A stretch of 64,000 bases of DNA from an uncultured bacterium (GTDB lineage: Bacteria; Chloroflexota; UBA5177; JANWHV01): the NCBI GenBank assembly GCA_963827235.1, contig CAWHAE010000020.1:160001-224000 (forward strand), read 5' to 3'. Positions within the stretch are counted from its first letter, which is position 1. Each line of letters starts with the position of its first letter. The notes beneath the pieces were generated by a model, which did not search any database, was not told the DNA's origin, and saw only the letters and a list, made by a program, of their open reading frames with translations. This document shows positions 19,919 through 30,603 of this stretch, piece after piece. A program made the position numbers and the translations under genes.

Positions 19919-20818
19919 TCACTCCGCCAGGCGATCGAGCAGGGCTCGCGAGATAAGGCTCGAGGAGCTGGCTTTCCGGCTGCAGGTATGGCGGGCAGCG
20001 ATCAGGCCTCGCTGGACAGAAGCCTCCAGATCGCGGCCATCCAGCACATGGCCGGCCAGAAACCCGACCGCGAGCCCGTCGCCGGCGCCGTTAGTGTCGA
20101 CCACCGGCAGGTCGAGCTCCACCGGCGCGAAGAGCTTCACGCCGCCGGCCGTGCCGAGCGCGCAACCGCGGCTGCCCATGCCCACGACCACCACCTGCCG
20201 CGGTCGCGCGGCGATGCATTCGCGCATCATGCTCGTCGGGTCCGCGAGGTTTACGGCAGAGAAGAACAGGATATCGGCTGCTTCGATGAAGTCGCGCCGA
20301 TAGGGATCGTCCAGCGACACGACGTCCTGGATGTCGCATGAGACTACCATGCCCAGCGATCTGGCGGGCTGAAGCAGATAGCGGGTCCAGTTCTCGATGT
20401 TGAAGTGCGCCAGCCTGGCACGAGCGAGGACGGCGCGGCAGGCCTCGAGGTCGGGCCTCACGTCCATGCTGCCCTTGCCGTCGAAGAAATTGCGGCGGCG
20501 CCCGTCCCGATACATCATGTTGATGCTTCGCCGCGTGCCTTTGGGGTCGTGGAAGAGGGTCAGGTCGATGCCGTCATGCCCCAGCTCGGCGGCGACGAAG
20601 TCGCCGTGGTAGTCATCGCCCACGTAACCGATGAAGCCGGTCTTGTAGCCCAGCTGAGCGAAGCCGCGACTGGAGAAACCGCCCGCCTGACCGACGTAGT
20701 CCAGGTTCTCGGAGAAGTTGCCCTCGACGTCGAAATCGACGTCGCGCCCGGCGAGATACACGCATGTGTCGATGCCCACGGCGCCCAGCACCACCACGTC
20801 CAGAGCCGGCGGCCTCAT
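19919..20818 (-). CDS. PfkB-family carbohydrate kinase
   Basis: VVVLGAVGID, GFIGYVGDD and VVDTNGAGD signatures. Confidence 0.92.
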   Translation of the reverse strand: MRPPALDVVVLGAVGIDTCVYLAGRDVDFDVEGNFSENLDYVGQAGGFSSRGFAQLGYKTGFIGYVGDDYHGDFVAAELGHDGIDLTLFHDPKGTRRSINMMYRDGRRRNFFDGKGSMDVRPDLEACRAVLARARLAHFNIENWTRYLLQPARSLGMVVSCDIQDVVSLDDPYRRDFIEAADILFFSAVNLADPTSMMRECIAARPRQVVVVGMGSRGCALGTAGGVKLFAPVELDLPVVDTNGAGDGLAVGFLAGHVLDGRDLEASVQRGLIAARHTCSRKASSSSLISRALLDRLAE

Positions 20819-21178
20819 GTGTTCGCGATCCTTCCACGTGGCTGGGGCCGCCGCGTGCACCGCCGTCTTGGCGGCCGCGCTGGACACCGGCGCGTCAGGT
20901 GTACGATACCGTATCGCCGCTATCTCCGCCTGCGGCACAGCAGGAGCCGACCTGCATCCTGTGGACCGCGGTGTCGGTCCGGCGCTTCCCGGATTGCGGC
21001 TGTCTCAGGCGTGCCTGCCACCGCTTGCGTCGCCGTGAGGCAACGGGTCGTTGCCTGGCTTGCCCCTAGGCCCTCCCGGGCTACCATGGACGAGTGAGCG
21101 GATTTGGGTTGTCTATCTCACGCCGGGCGCGGCCTGCTATGGAAGAGTGCTCGCGATTGTGAGTTCTGATCGCGGATC

Positions 21179-21271
21179 ATGAGCGAATACCAGTACTACG
21201 AGTTCCAGGCGGTTGACCGACCGCTCAGCCCGGAGGAGAGGGCAGAGCAAGGCTGGACAAAGCCGGGCTGA
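21179..21271 (+). pseudogene. 5' stub of a conserved hypothetical gene (MSEYQYYEFQAVDRPLS...)
   Basis: Reads MSEYQYYEFQAVDRPLSPEERAEQGWTKPG*. I recognise this N-terminus from a family of much longer hypothetical proteins; here it is truncated after about 23 codons. Confidence 0.6.
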
Positions 21272-21664
21272 CGAAGACCTGAGCGGTGCGGCCCCGTCGA
21301 CCTGATCGCGCGGAGCTACCGCGGGCATAAGACTAACTGTCGAGAGCCGCGCCACGAGTGGCTGCACGCGACCGTATCGCTGCTGCGATTCCTGCAATAG
21401 GCTCGAGCGCAACGTTGTGGATGGCCTCGCCTTCGTCACAGTCTCCGTCAATAACTTGCTCAATTTACTCGTTCTATGGGTCGTGGATTCCCCTGGCAGA
21501 TTATAGGTTGAGGTGAGTACATTCCAGGTAAATGGCCCGCCGGAGAACAGCGTGGTGGCGAATAGCGCCGGCGACTCGGCGCCGGTGCGATGCGACACAG
21601 GGAGAAGTGCCGGCAGGGGATGACCGCCACGCAGGCTGCCATCCCCTGGGCGCGTATCGCCGGA

Positions 21665-22819
21665 CTACGGACAGGGAGTCCTCGGCCTGCTCCCGATGGT
21701 GAGCGTGACCGTCGATCCAAGATTGGCAAAGGCACCCGCGCCCGGCCGCTCGGACATGATCCGTCCGAGGTAGTTGCAGGTCCGATCAACCGCCGAGGTG
21801 ATGGCGGCGCCGAAGCCCGCGGCACGCACGGCTGCGATACCTGCCGTCGAGGTCCGGCCCACCACCGACGGTACGACCCCGCCGGGCAGCATCGGCACCT
21901 CACTGACGCCTTCGTAGGCATACTGGCTGATGAATGCCCAGCTCAGCTCGGCCCATCCGTTCAGTCCCCAGCTTGTGCCCCACTGGTTCTCGACCCAGAC
22001 CCCGTTTGCGTCGTACTTGCTCGCGAAAACCGCGTGACCGCCGCGAGACGTCTCGTTGGCCAGGGGCAGGCCCACCAACGGGTTGGAGGCACTGGCTCGA
22101 TCGAATTCCGGATAGATGGGGATGCCGAGCACGACCGGGTTGCCGCCGGCCATGGTGGACTCGATCCAGCTCTGCAGGTTTGGGCCGCCGCCCAGATTGG
22201 TGTAGGAAGCGATCCTGATGTGCGAGGCGTTGGCTCTCTCGGCGGCCGTCGGTAGGTCCCAGTAGTCGTAGTCACCCTGGCCGTAATCGGCGCGCGTGTC
22301 AATGCCCTGCTCCAGCAGGTTGAGGTTGTCGCTGAAATACGTGCCGACGTTCTGGCCGTGTACCAGCTGGCTGTAGAGGAACATCGGGGAGTAGCTGCCC
22401 GTGCCGCCGGTCCCACCGGCCGGGTAGTATCCGTCGCGGCGGGCGTACCAGCCTCGCAGGTAGTAGCCCGTGGCCCAGGAGACGCAGGAATCGACGCCGC
22501 CCTGGTCGCCGACCGGCGGATCGAACTGGCTCAGGTCGACAGTCCCCGGCAGCGCCTTCAGGATGTAAGGGGCAAGTTGGGCGGCGCGAGGCACTGCCGG
22601 ATTGGGCAGAAAACCGAGCGCGTGGATGCCGGTTCCCGGTACGCCGTTGGCATGCAGCGCCGCGATCGGCGGCGTCAGCGGCGCGGCGGCGGTAGCCTGC
22701 GTCTGAGTGCCGGGGAAGACGGCAGTGCCGGCCGCGTACGCGGGGTGGACCGCTGCCAGCACGAGCACCGCCAGTGTTGCCTGTGTGAACAACCGGCGCG
22801 GATGGGTGAGCATGTTCAT
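21665..22819 (-). CDS. Secreted papain-family (C1A) cysteine peptidase with C-terminal PASTA domain
   Basis: Signal peptide ending AYA; DQGGVDSCVSW (Gln/Cys), GGHAV (His), ENQWGTSWG (Asn); PASTA-like VVPSVVG...GSTVTLTIG. Confidence 0.88.
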   Translation of the reverse strand: MNMLTHPRRLFTQATLAVLVLAAVHPAYAAGTAVFPGTQTQATAAAPLTPPIAALHANGVPGTGIHALGFLPNPAVPRAAQLAPYILKALPGTVDLSQFDPPVGDQGGVDSCVSWATGYYLRGWYARRDGYYPAGGTGGTGSYSPMFLYSQLVHGQNVGTYFSDNLNLLEQGIDTRADYGQGDYDYWDLPTAAERANASHIRIASYTNLGGGPNLQSWIESTMAGGNPVVLGIPIYPEFDRASASNPLVGLPLANETSRGGHAVFASKYDANGVWVENQWGTSWGLNGWAELSWAFISQYAYEGVSEVPMLPGGVVPSVVGRTSTAGIAAVRAAGFGAAITSAVDRTCNYLGRIMSERPGAGAFANLGSTVTLTIGSRPRTPCP

Positions 22820-23393
22820 TCTTTGACCTCCTGCATGGACGCTGGTCGATGCCGCGGGAAGGGCGCTTCGTATACCCCTTCCACTGCAAACGCATCATGC
22901 TCACCACTCTGCACCGTGGCAGGACGTACCACCACCCAAGACACACAAATCGACTCCCAAAATGACCCCTAATAACGATCCGGTCCGATCCGGCTCGGCG
23001 CAGCCGCGGAAGCCGCAGAGACTCACTTCGGCCATGGCCGAGCCCCTGCTCGGGGACGGGGCATGCGCATTCCGGCCCGGGATGGTGCTCCGCCGGACTA
23101 AAGCGTGAGGTCGGAGCCCCTCACCAGCAGTCCGCGACGGTGGCGGCCGGCTGGCGGGCACCGTCTGCAGGGCTACCGGCGCGCAAACCGGGCACGGTAA
23201 CGAACTCAGGCAGCTCACACCGCTGGAAGTATCGACGCCAATCACAAGGTTGGCAACTCTGCCTCTGGATCACCTGGAACGACGATAACCTCAACGTCGC
23301 GAGACATGTGGCGGCAATGGTGCCGTAGCAGCGCACCATCGCTTGCGCTCCCTTAAGCTCGAGGACGCCGGAAGCGATACGGCGGGACGCCTG

Positions 23394-24380
23394 CTATTGC
23401 CCCACGTAGTGCAGGATCCTGCCGCCGTCCGTTTCCCCGGCTCCCACGGCCCAACAGTGGCTCGCGTCAACACAGGCCACGCCCCAGAGGACGGTGGCTG
23501 GGCCGCTAGGCTGCCTCGACCACGTTGCTCCGCCGTCCGAGGTGTGCATGATCACTCCAGCCATGCCCACGGCCCAGCCCCGACGCACGTCCGGAAAGGC
23601 TATGCTGGTGAGTTCAGCGTTGATGGCGAGCGTACCGTGCCAGGTTGACCCGCCGTCCGTGGTTCGCAGGATCGAGCCGCCGGTGCGAAGGATCCAGCCG
23701 TGACGAGCGTCACGGAACACCACGCGGTAGAAATCAGAGTCGGTGCCTGCTATGTCCTTGACCGTCCACGTCCCTGTGGTGATGTTCGTCGTGTGCATGA
23801 CCGAGAGGCCGACGGCCCACCCGCCGGCACCCGCAGTCGTCACACTGTCCAGCTGGCCCACACCGGTGGCTTGAGCCTGCCAGGTGCCCCCGCCATTCGT
23901 GGTGTGCAGCATCGCAGGATCCGGCATCCCCGATCCGCCTACTGCCCAGCCGTTTCGGCTATCGGCAAAGGCCACGCCCTCAAGTAGCTCTGTGGTGCCG
24001 CTCTTCTGGGCAGCCCAGGTGGCCCCGCCGTCATCGGTGTGGAGAATCGTGCCGGCCACACCCACGGCCCAGCCGTGCCGCCTGTCGACAAAGGTCACGT
24101 AGCGGAGCACGGCGTCCGTGTGGCTGGCCTGGGCCTTCCAGGTGACCCCACCATCATCCGTGTGCAGGATGGTGCCGGCATCGCCCACGACCCAGCCGTG
24201 CTGGTCGTCAACAAACGCTACACCGACGAGCAGCTGCGTGGTGCTTTTCGCCAGTGCCCAGAGCGTTGCAGGACTCTGGGACGCCCGAGCCCCAGGCACC
24301 GCCTGCCAGGCCGAGAGCAATATCCCCAGCAGTAGTGCCACGCGCAAGATATCCCCGCGTATGCCCGTAGATGCGTGCAT
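23394..24380 (-). CDS. Secreted YCF48/BNR-repeat beta-propeller protein
   Basis: Signal peptide; repeated GW(A/V)VG..GTILHTDDGG.TW units. Confidence 0.88.
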   Translation of the reverse strand: MHASTGIRGDILRVALLLGILLSAWQAVPGARASQSPATLWALAKSTTQLLVGVAFVDDQHGWVVGDAGTILHTDDGGVTWKAQASHTDAVLRYVTFVDRRHGWAVGVAGTILHTDDGGATWAAQKSGTTELLEGVAFADSRNGWAVGGSGMPDPAMLHTTNGGGTWQAQATGVGQLDSVTTAGAGGWAVGLSVMHTTNITTGTWTVKDIAGTDSDFYRVVFRDARHGWILRTGGSILRTTDGGSTWHGTLAINAELTSIAFPDVRRGWAVGMAGVIMHTSDGGATWSRQPSGPATVLWGVACVDASHCWAVGAGETDGGRILHYVGQ

Positions 24381-24716
24381 AGCCCGATCTCCCTTCGCCT
24401 CTCAAGGCCGCAAACAAGCGTTAGGCAGCGCCGAAGCCAGCCAGACATGATGCCGGGGATCGTCCAAAGGCCGCAGCCATTTCCGCAAGAATCATACTGC
24501 TCAGGAGTTGGGAGGTTCAAGATCGATGGCGAACGCGAAGCGTGCAGCGGTCGCGACTCATCTCTCCTGAAGACCGTGCACGGTGCGCCATTCGCAGATC
24601 GTTTACCGATAGTTCACAGGTGAGCACATCGTGGTTGCGGTTCGGCAATACTCGGTTGCTAGAGTTGGGTTGTACATCACGTAGGTGGTGGCACGTGTAC
24701 CGGGAAGGAAACAACC

Positions 24717-25106
24717 ATGAAGGCGTTCTGCATGTCCGGCATCCGGTTCATCGGGGGTTTGGCGGTCGCCGGGTGTCTCGCGTTGCCCGCGCTGCTGCCC
24801 GCGGCGGCCCAGGCGGGATCCGTCCCTACGATTGCCGCGGTGGTGAGTCCGGCCGCGATGCATCTCCATGTTCAGGGCTGGCACTTCACGCCCGGCAGCA
24901 TCGTCGAAGTGCACGCCGAGTACTTTCCCATGACGAAGGGCACGATCAAGACGATCACTGCGAACCTGGTCGGCGCATTCGCCGTGAACCTCCCGGTGCT
25001 GCCCCTACGGTGCGGCGTCGAGACCATCGACGTGTCCGCCTCGTACAACCTCTTCGAGTTGGCTAGCAACCTGGTGACGCGGAACGTGCACTTCTCCCCC
25101 TGCTGA
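24717..25106 (+). CDS. Secreted hypothetical protein
   Basis: AAGGA RBS; signal peptide ending AAQA; beta-rich mature part. Confidence 0.65.
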   Translation: MKAFCMSGIRFIGGLAVAGCLALPALLPAAAQAGSVPTIAAVVSPAAMHLHVQGWHFTPGSIVEVHAEYFPMTKGTIKTITANLVGAFAVNLPVLPLRCGVETIDVSASYNLFELASNLVTRNVHFSPC

Positions 25107-25573
25107 ACGCCAAGTGCTCTCCGAGCTGCCGCGTGGCGTGTCTTGCCAGACGTTGGTCGCCGGCTCAGTCTGTCCCGTGCAGCCGATCGAGCTACCGCTC
25201 TTCCTGGTACTCTGGTCGGCGGCAGGAGTTACCAGCGTTTCTGCCGGGCCAGCCTATCGGAAGGTTCCAGCACGAGAACGCATCGACGAGCAGCCGCAGG
25301 GCATCCCCACGTATTGCAAAATAGAACAGTCTAAACTATTATCCTCCTGCAGCTGTATATGGTTGCCTGCCTATCCTGCGTCTCCAACGTGAAGCCGCGC
25401 TGACCGGGCAGCGTTGCCTGCGCCCGCTTGCGGCGACTAGTGTGAGGCCGCGACGAGAACCCCCGGCCGGCGGCCCTGAGGCCGGCAAGCAATCCGTCGC
25501 AACACAGGGCCTGGTCACGAAGACGTCGAGCGGCCGAGCCTGCCCCAACCGGCGAGGAACAGGAGGGGAACCG

Positions 25574-26806
25574 GTGCACCGCTCTCGCGCCCTGTGGCCA
25601 TACCTTGCCGGCCTCACGCTCAACCTGACGGCCCAATGGATGGCCAGGACGGGGATGCTGATCTGGGTGTACAGTCTCACCCGTTCGGCGCCGGCCGTGA
25701 GCCTGGTAGGCTTGGTCGAGGCGGTGCCGTTGCTCGTCACCGCGCCGTTCGCCGGCGTGCTCGTAGATCGCCTCTCGTACCGGCAGGTGCTGATCGCCAG
25801 CACGGCTCTGCAGGCGGTCCTGGTTTTGCCGCTGCTGCTTGCCCGGGGCCCGCTGGCGGTTCCGCTGATCCTCACGGTGACCTTTACCCTCGGCATCGTG
25901 GCACAGGTATTCGGCGCCGCGTCCGGCGCCATCGTGCCCACGCTCGCGGGCCCTGCCCGGCTTGGTTGGGTGAATGGTGCGAGTCAGTTGATACTCGGCT
26001 CCGTGATGGCGGCGGCGCCGGGGGCGGCATCGGCTGTCGTGTGGCTCCTCGGTCAAGACGGCCTGGTGCTGGTGCTGCTCGTATGCTGGCTGGCTGCCGT
26101 GCCCGTGCTCGCCGCCTTGCCGGCCGACGCACGCCGGGGTCTCGCCCGCCGCCGGACCACTGTGCGCGCCGAAGTTCGCGCCGGGTTGACCTATACTATC
26201 CGCACTCCGCTGGTCCGCGATGTCATCGCCGTCGCCTGCGTGGCGTCCCTGGGCACGGGCGGACTGAACGCCCTGCACGTTATCTTTGCCACGCGTGCGC
26301 TCCACCTGGCGCCGGCTCAGGGTGGGGTGTTGATCGGGGCGGTGGGAGCCGGTCAGTTGGCCGGTGGTCTCGTGGTGCTGGCGGCCGGCTCTCGCATGCG
26401 CGATCGCTATCACCTGCTGCTGCTGGGCACCATGTCTGCCAGCAGCGCCAGCCTCGTCTGGTACGCCTGCTCGCCCAACCTGGCCTGGGCAGTGGCTGCC
26501 CTGTTTGTGCGCGGCCTCACCCTCACGCTCACCGTGGTGGCACTGACCACCCTGGCCCAACTGGCCACCGCGCCCGAGTTCCTGGGCAGGGTCTTCAGCC
26601 TGGTCAGTGCCGCCCTGGCGGTGGCGCAGCTGCTCTCCTACTCGGCGAGCGGTGTGCTGGCGCAGTGGGTTGGCATCCGGCCGGCGATCGGGTTGTCCAG
26701 CGCGACCCTGCTCCTCGCCGTCGCCGTCACCATCTTCCGGATCCGCGCTACCCCTGCCATGGCGAGCGAGCCGTCGCGTGAAAGGCTCTCTCTGGCGGTC
26801 GAGTAG
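25574..26806 (+). CDS. MFS transporter (DHA3/macrolide efflux-like)
   Basis: About 12 hydrophobic helices; FAGVLVDRLSYR motif A; PEFLGRVFS; AGGAGG RBS before GTG 25574. Confidence 0.88.
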   Translation: MHRSRALWPYLAGLTLNLTAQWMARTGMLIWVYSLTRSAPAVSLVGLVEAVPLLVTAPFAGVLVDRLSYRQVLIASTALQAVLVLPLLLARGPLAVPLILTVTFTLGIVAQVFGAASGAIVPTLAGPARLGWVNGASQLILGSVMAAAPGAASAVVWLLGQDGLVLVLLVCWLAAVPVLAALPADARRGLARRRTTVRAEVRAGLTYTIRTPLVRDVIAVACVASLGTGGLNALHVIFATRALHLAPAQGGVLIGAVGAGQLAGGLVVLAAGSRMRDRYHLLLLGTMSASSASLVWYACSPNLAWAVAALFVRGLTLTLTVVALTTLAQLATAPEFLGRVFSLVSAALAVAQLLSYSASGVLAQWVGIRPAIGLSSATLLLAVAVTIFRIRATPAMASEPSRERLSLAVE

Positions 26807-26809
26807 CCT

Positions 26810-27278
26810 TCCACACACGCTGGATGCCCTCGACCTCGAGCAGCTCACCCGGGTTCTCCAGCTCAACCTCGTCGGCCTGGTGGCCATGATGCAGGCCGTT
26901 CTGCCCGCCATGCGCGCCGCGGGACGTGGTCGCATCGTCAATCTCAGCTCGGGCACGACGCGCATGGTGCTTCCCGGCACCGGCTCCCACGCCGCCACCA
27001 AGTCGGCCGTCAACATGATCAGCGCCGTCGCCCGCAAGGAGCTCGAAAAGGACGGCATCGCGGTCTCCCTGGTCCTGCCGTCGATCACGGCTACCGAGTT
27101 TGGCGGCGGCCGCTACCAACCTCGTCAGGAGATCCGGCCCGGCATGATCGCCCACGGTCCCGACTACGTCGCACGCGTCATTCTTCGCGCCCTGCGCACC
27201 GGCGAGGAGTGCATCGACATCCCGCACGGTCCAGAGCGCCCCGATATCGACGCCATCGCGACCGCCTCGAGCCTGTAG
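26810..27278 (+). pseudogene. C-terminal fragment of an SDR oxidoreductase
   Basis: LNLVG...GRGRIVNLSSG...SHAATK. The N-terminal Rossmann motif is absent and the catalytic YxxxK reads HxxxK. Confidence 0.75.
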
Positions 27279-27533
27279 ATAGCCTGTCGAGATTGCTTGA
27301 CCGATCACTAGCGCGGTGAGGCCCTCAAGGCGGCCATCGGCAGGACACTGGACGCCGCTTAAGCCTGGATTGGCGTGCCGATACAATACGCGCGCTTCTG
27401 GCAGGAAGGCCGGTATGTCCGGCATCCTTTGCTCGGCGACCACGAGCAGTGGCACGATGCGCCAACGTCGTTCCCGGCGGCGGGCAAAGCAGTGCTGCCC
27501 GTACCGGCGCAATACCAGGACATTCCCTATGTG

Positions 27534-27587
27534 TGGTGATGCCGCGACGAGATCTACACGCCGCGACGATGCCTCGGGATTCACCCC
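27534..27587 (+). repeat. Dispersed intergenic repeat, copy B (partial)
   Basis: TGGTGATGCCGCGACGAGATCTACACGCCGCGACGATGCCTCGGGA versus TGGTGAGGCCACGACGGGATCTATACACCGCGACGGTGCCCCGGGA at 15526. Confidence 0.7.
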
Positions 27588-27644
27588 TTATCTTTACCCA
27601 CATTTATCAAGCCAGGAAATGCGCGGGGTGCGGCACGAAGACCA

Positions 27645-27973
27645 GGTACATACACAGCGCGAAGGAGCTAGCTGCCTCCATCGCCATGGAGGCCGCCGAA
27701 CACGTGGAGCCCCTCCCCCGGAAGACGGCTGCAGAGGTCGAAGCCGACATGACCACACCCGAGCACCGGGCGCCGGTCGAGGCGGAACTGGCAGACGTGC
27801 TGATACTGTGTCTCAGCATGGCGAATCGGCTTGGCATCGATGTAAGCAGCACCGTCAGCGCGAAGCTGGATGTGAATGCCACTAATTATCCTGCTGACTT
27901 GGTGCGCGGGAGTGCCAGAAAGTATGCGGATTATAGGCATAACGCGAACGGCCGAACACAGCCGCTCAGTTGA
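27645..27973 (+). pseudogene. Degenerate MazG-like nucleotide pyrophosphohydrolase lacking its N-terminus
   Basis: HSAKELAASIAMEAAE...ELADVLI...LGIDV...KLDVNATNYP...GSARKY pattern; no credible start. Confidence 0.72.
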
Positions 27974-28227
27974 TAGCGCCTTTACTCGCTCGGGCAGGCC
28001 GTGCGATCAACCTCAGCTTGATGATGATGTCGCGCAGACAGTAGAGCCTCTCCCGCGCCAAGCAGACATCGTCTAGGTCCAGTTTGCGACGCTGCGGCCA
28101 GCCGCCATCTCGTCATCTGTCAGCCGCATGGTGATAGATGAAGTAGCCAAGCGTGGACTCGGAATATGCCTGGGGGACGAGTAGCGCGTCGTTACGACGA
28201 TTGTCAGACCTGAGCGTGTCCGCGCGA

Positions 28228-28956
28228 TCATGCAAGTGGTTTCGTTGCCGTGACTAATCGCGTGGGAAGCCACGGTCCGCTCCACCACATCCGCCATCCC
28301 AGATTCGTGCGGGTGACCTCGCGCATACCGAGATCGCTGAGGTGGCTCTGATACTCCTTGGTGGCGCGCAAATCGGCGATGAGCAGGCGACCGCCCGGTC
28401 GGAGCACGCGCACCGCCTCGTCGATGGCCTACCTCCTGCCCGCTTGTGTCTTCACGTTGTGGACCGCCAGATTGGACACGACCACGTCGAAGCTGTCGGC
28501 GGCGAACGGGAGGCTCGTCATGTCACCCGTCTGCACGTCGACCCGGTCGGCCACGCCTTCGGCGGTCGCATTGCGACGTGTGGCTGCTTCTTCATTGCCC
28601 GACTGATCACCCTTCCGCCAGAGGTCGAGGCCGACGGCCCGGCCGTCGCGCAGATGCTGGGCCGCCAGCATCAGGACGGCTCCGCGCCCGCACCCGATAT
28701 CCAGGATGTGCTCATCGCCGGCCAGGCCGAGGTGGTCAAGCAGCCGTGTCCACACGACGAACTTGCCCCACCTGGAGGCGTAGAAGCCTATACCGGAGAA
28801 GAGCACAACCAAACCGGCACCGATGAATGGCCACACGGATGCCGTCAGGGCGCCTTGCACGACGCCATAGGCGACCGCTACCACCGGTACGGCCAGGAGT
28901 CCCGGCGCGTCGATGCCATAGGCCCGATGAGGCCGGTCCCGTCTGCTCGCTGCCAT
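28228..28956 (-). pseudogene. Class I SAM methyltransferase with an in-frame TAG
   Basis: ILDIGCGRG, GDMTSLPF and FDVVVSNLAVH, then TAG at 28429-28431. The same frame continues AIDEAVRVLRPGGRLLIAD to 28228. Confidence 0.82.
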
Positions 28957-29146
28957 GCTTCCTCCTGCTGGTGATGCCGCGTGCAACCATTCGCGTGTTA
29001 TCTACAAGGCCCGCTGAGAGGAATCGACACCGAACCGTTCGCCACGGGTCCAGGCAAAACACTCGTGCCTTGAGACGCAGTACAGTCCAAATTCGGCGCA
29101 GAACAGCGCTCCGCGCAGCTCCTATCATGCGGTTGCGTGACGAGGG

Positions 29147-29407
29147 CTACCCGTTCGTTTGCCACTCACGCGCGACAATGAATCGGACCAGGTGTCCAAC
29201 ATTCGTCGTTGCGACGATTACGTCGTGTCCATCTTCGCCGAGCAGCTCGGCCGTTGCAGCCAGAATCACGTCTCCATCGAGTGCGTGTCGGTCTGCCGCT
29301 GTGATGCCTTTCTGTTGGGCGTCGGCCCACAGGCGCAGTGCCGGCTCGGGACGCGCCCGTGAGACCATCGCAAGCGGTCCGCTGTCGAGTAGGATGTATC
29401 TAGGCAT
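29147..29407 (-). pseudogene. PIN-domain (VapC-like) toxin with an apparent in-frame internal deletion
   Basis: MPRYILLDSGPL start and LDGDVILAA...IVATTNVGHLVRF end are retained, but it is only 86 aa and the central Glu-bearing segment is missing. Confidence 0.7.
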
Positions 29408-29606
29408 CGCCAAAGAGCAGACGTGCTCCGTCTTGGCGACGCGTCTCATGTAGAGCGCGGCGCGGCATCTGCCACGCCTCGTCATCGGCGCGCGGATTGG
29501 CGCCATCCCCTTGTGCCCACAGCTGTTCAAGCGCGCTCAGCTGGTCGTCGGCGCCGCGGACGATGGCCAGGCGCTCACCTGAGGGCGTATGCTTTTCTTG
29601 TTCCAT
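29400..29606 (-). CDS. Putative antitoxin upstream of, and overlapping, the PIN gene
   Basis: 68 aa; GAGGAG RBS; stop overlaps the PIN start by 8 bp. Confidence 0.55.
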   Translation of the reverse strand: MEQEKHTPSGERLAIVRGADDQLSALEQLWAQGDGANPRADDEAWQMPRRALHETRRQDGARLLFGDA

Positions 29607-30020
29607 CGTCTCCTCATTTGGCGGCCACCATCTAGCCCAAGTATAGCGTGCCAGGGTGCTGAGCACCTGGGATGTCTGAGTGCGCGCGTACCTGGACGTT
29701 GCCTTTCCCAGCCATAACCTCCGCTGCTTCTTACCCATCCTGCCGGCTGGAGTGTGAGCAAGATTTATGCAAGGACGCTCCGCTACGACGCGACACAGCC
29801 TGGTTAGGGAGGTAACGAGTGGCGGCCTGCTTCTCCGGCAGCTGCAGCGTCCGGCACGGGGCGACCGATTGGTACGCCCCGTCGGTCCAGTCCGCCGCCG
29901 ACCTGCCAAAGCCGCCTAGTGTGGACAAGACTTGAGCCGGCAACTGGCTAATCACTTTGGCCACGGCGCTGGCCAATTGCATGGCCGTTGACAGCCACAG
30001 TCGGCCGCCCAGTGTCTTCC

Positions 30021-30071
30021 TTGACCTCGCCAATTCCCGTGCTACGATGAGGATTCTAGAACACCTGTTCT
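30021..30071 (+). promoter_or_regulatory. Promoter followed by a LexA-type SOS box
   Basis: TTGACC(30021)-16 bp-TACGAT(30043), then AGAACACCTGTTCT (GAAC-N4-GTTC) at 30058-30071. Confidence 0.6.
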
Positions 30072-30123
30072 TACTCCCCAGTACGAAAGCGAGGTCGCTC
30101 TATGCCCGGTTCGCCCCTCCACG

Positions 30124-30603
30124 ATCGAGCGCGCCGCTGACGAACCGGCGGCGAGCGCTCCTGCCGCTGCCGGAGCCCGCGTACACGGAGACAACATGGA
30201 AAAATGCGAAACGAAGTCGCCGGCATCGCCGGCTGCCGTCCCTGGCGCTGCTCCTGCCGGCCCCGCCGCTGCCCGTGCAGGCCCACACGAGGGAAACACG
30301 GAAAAATGCGAAACGAAATCGCCCTCATCGTCGGTTGTTCCCCAGCCTGCAGAGCGTGCCGGTCGCGTGCGGAGGTCCGGCACCCCGGCCGCCTCTCCCG
30401 AACCGCCTATCAAGCGGCCATCGACGCCGGCTCGTGCCTCGGCAGTCTCCACGTCCTAGCCGCCCACCGCTGCCGGCGCTGCCACTGCCATGGTTTGCGC
30501 CGCTCGCGCCCGCCGCGTGCCCGTTTCCGCGGCCGGCAACCACGCAGACGGATCAGCGCGCCGCCGGCGTCCTCGGCAAGGCGCTGCTCCGCGGCCAATC
30601 TGC
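30124..30603 (+). repeat. Diverged duplicate of 38788-39026, with an internal 102-bp tandem duplication
   Basis: Shared ATCGAGCGCGCCG, GGAAACACGGAA.AA.GCGAAACGA, GGCTGCCGTCCCT and CCGCGGCCAATCTGCTG blocks. GAAAAATGCGAAACGAA occurs at 30199 and 30301. Confidence 0.75.

Noticed and set aside
25331-27088. Long antisense or alternate-frame ORFs (also 1670-3106, 10281-11576, 17574-19154, 40435-41925, 54070-55473)
   Set aside because: Shadow ORFs of GC-rich genes: they overlap well-supported CDSs and lack recognisable motifs.
28429-28431. Pyrrolysine or recoded TAG in the methyltransferase
   Set aside because: TAG terminates normal genes here (e.g. gyrB), no pyl machinery is visible, and the gene sits among other pseudogenes.
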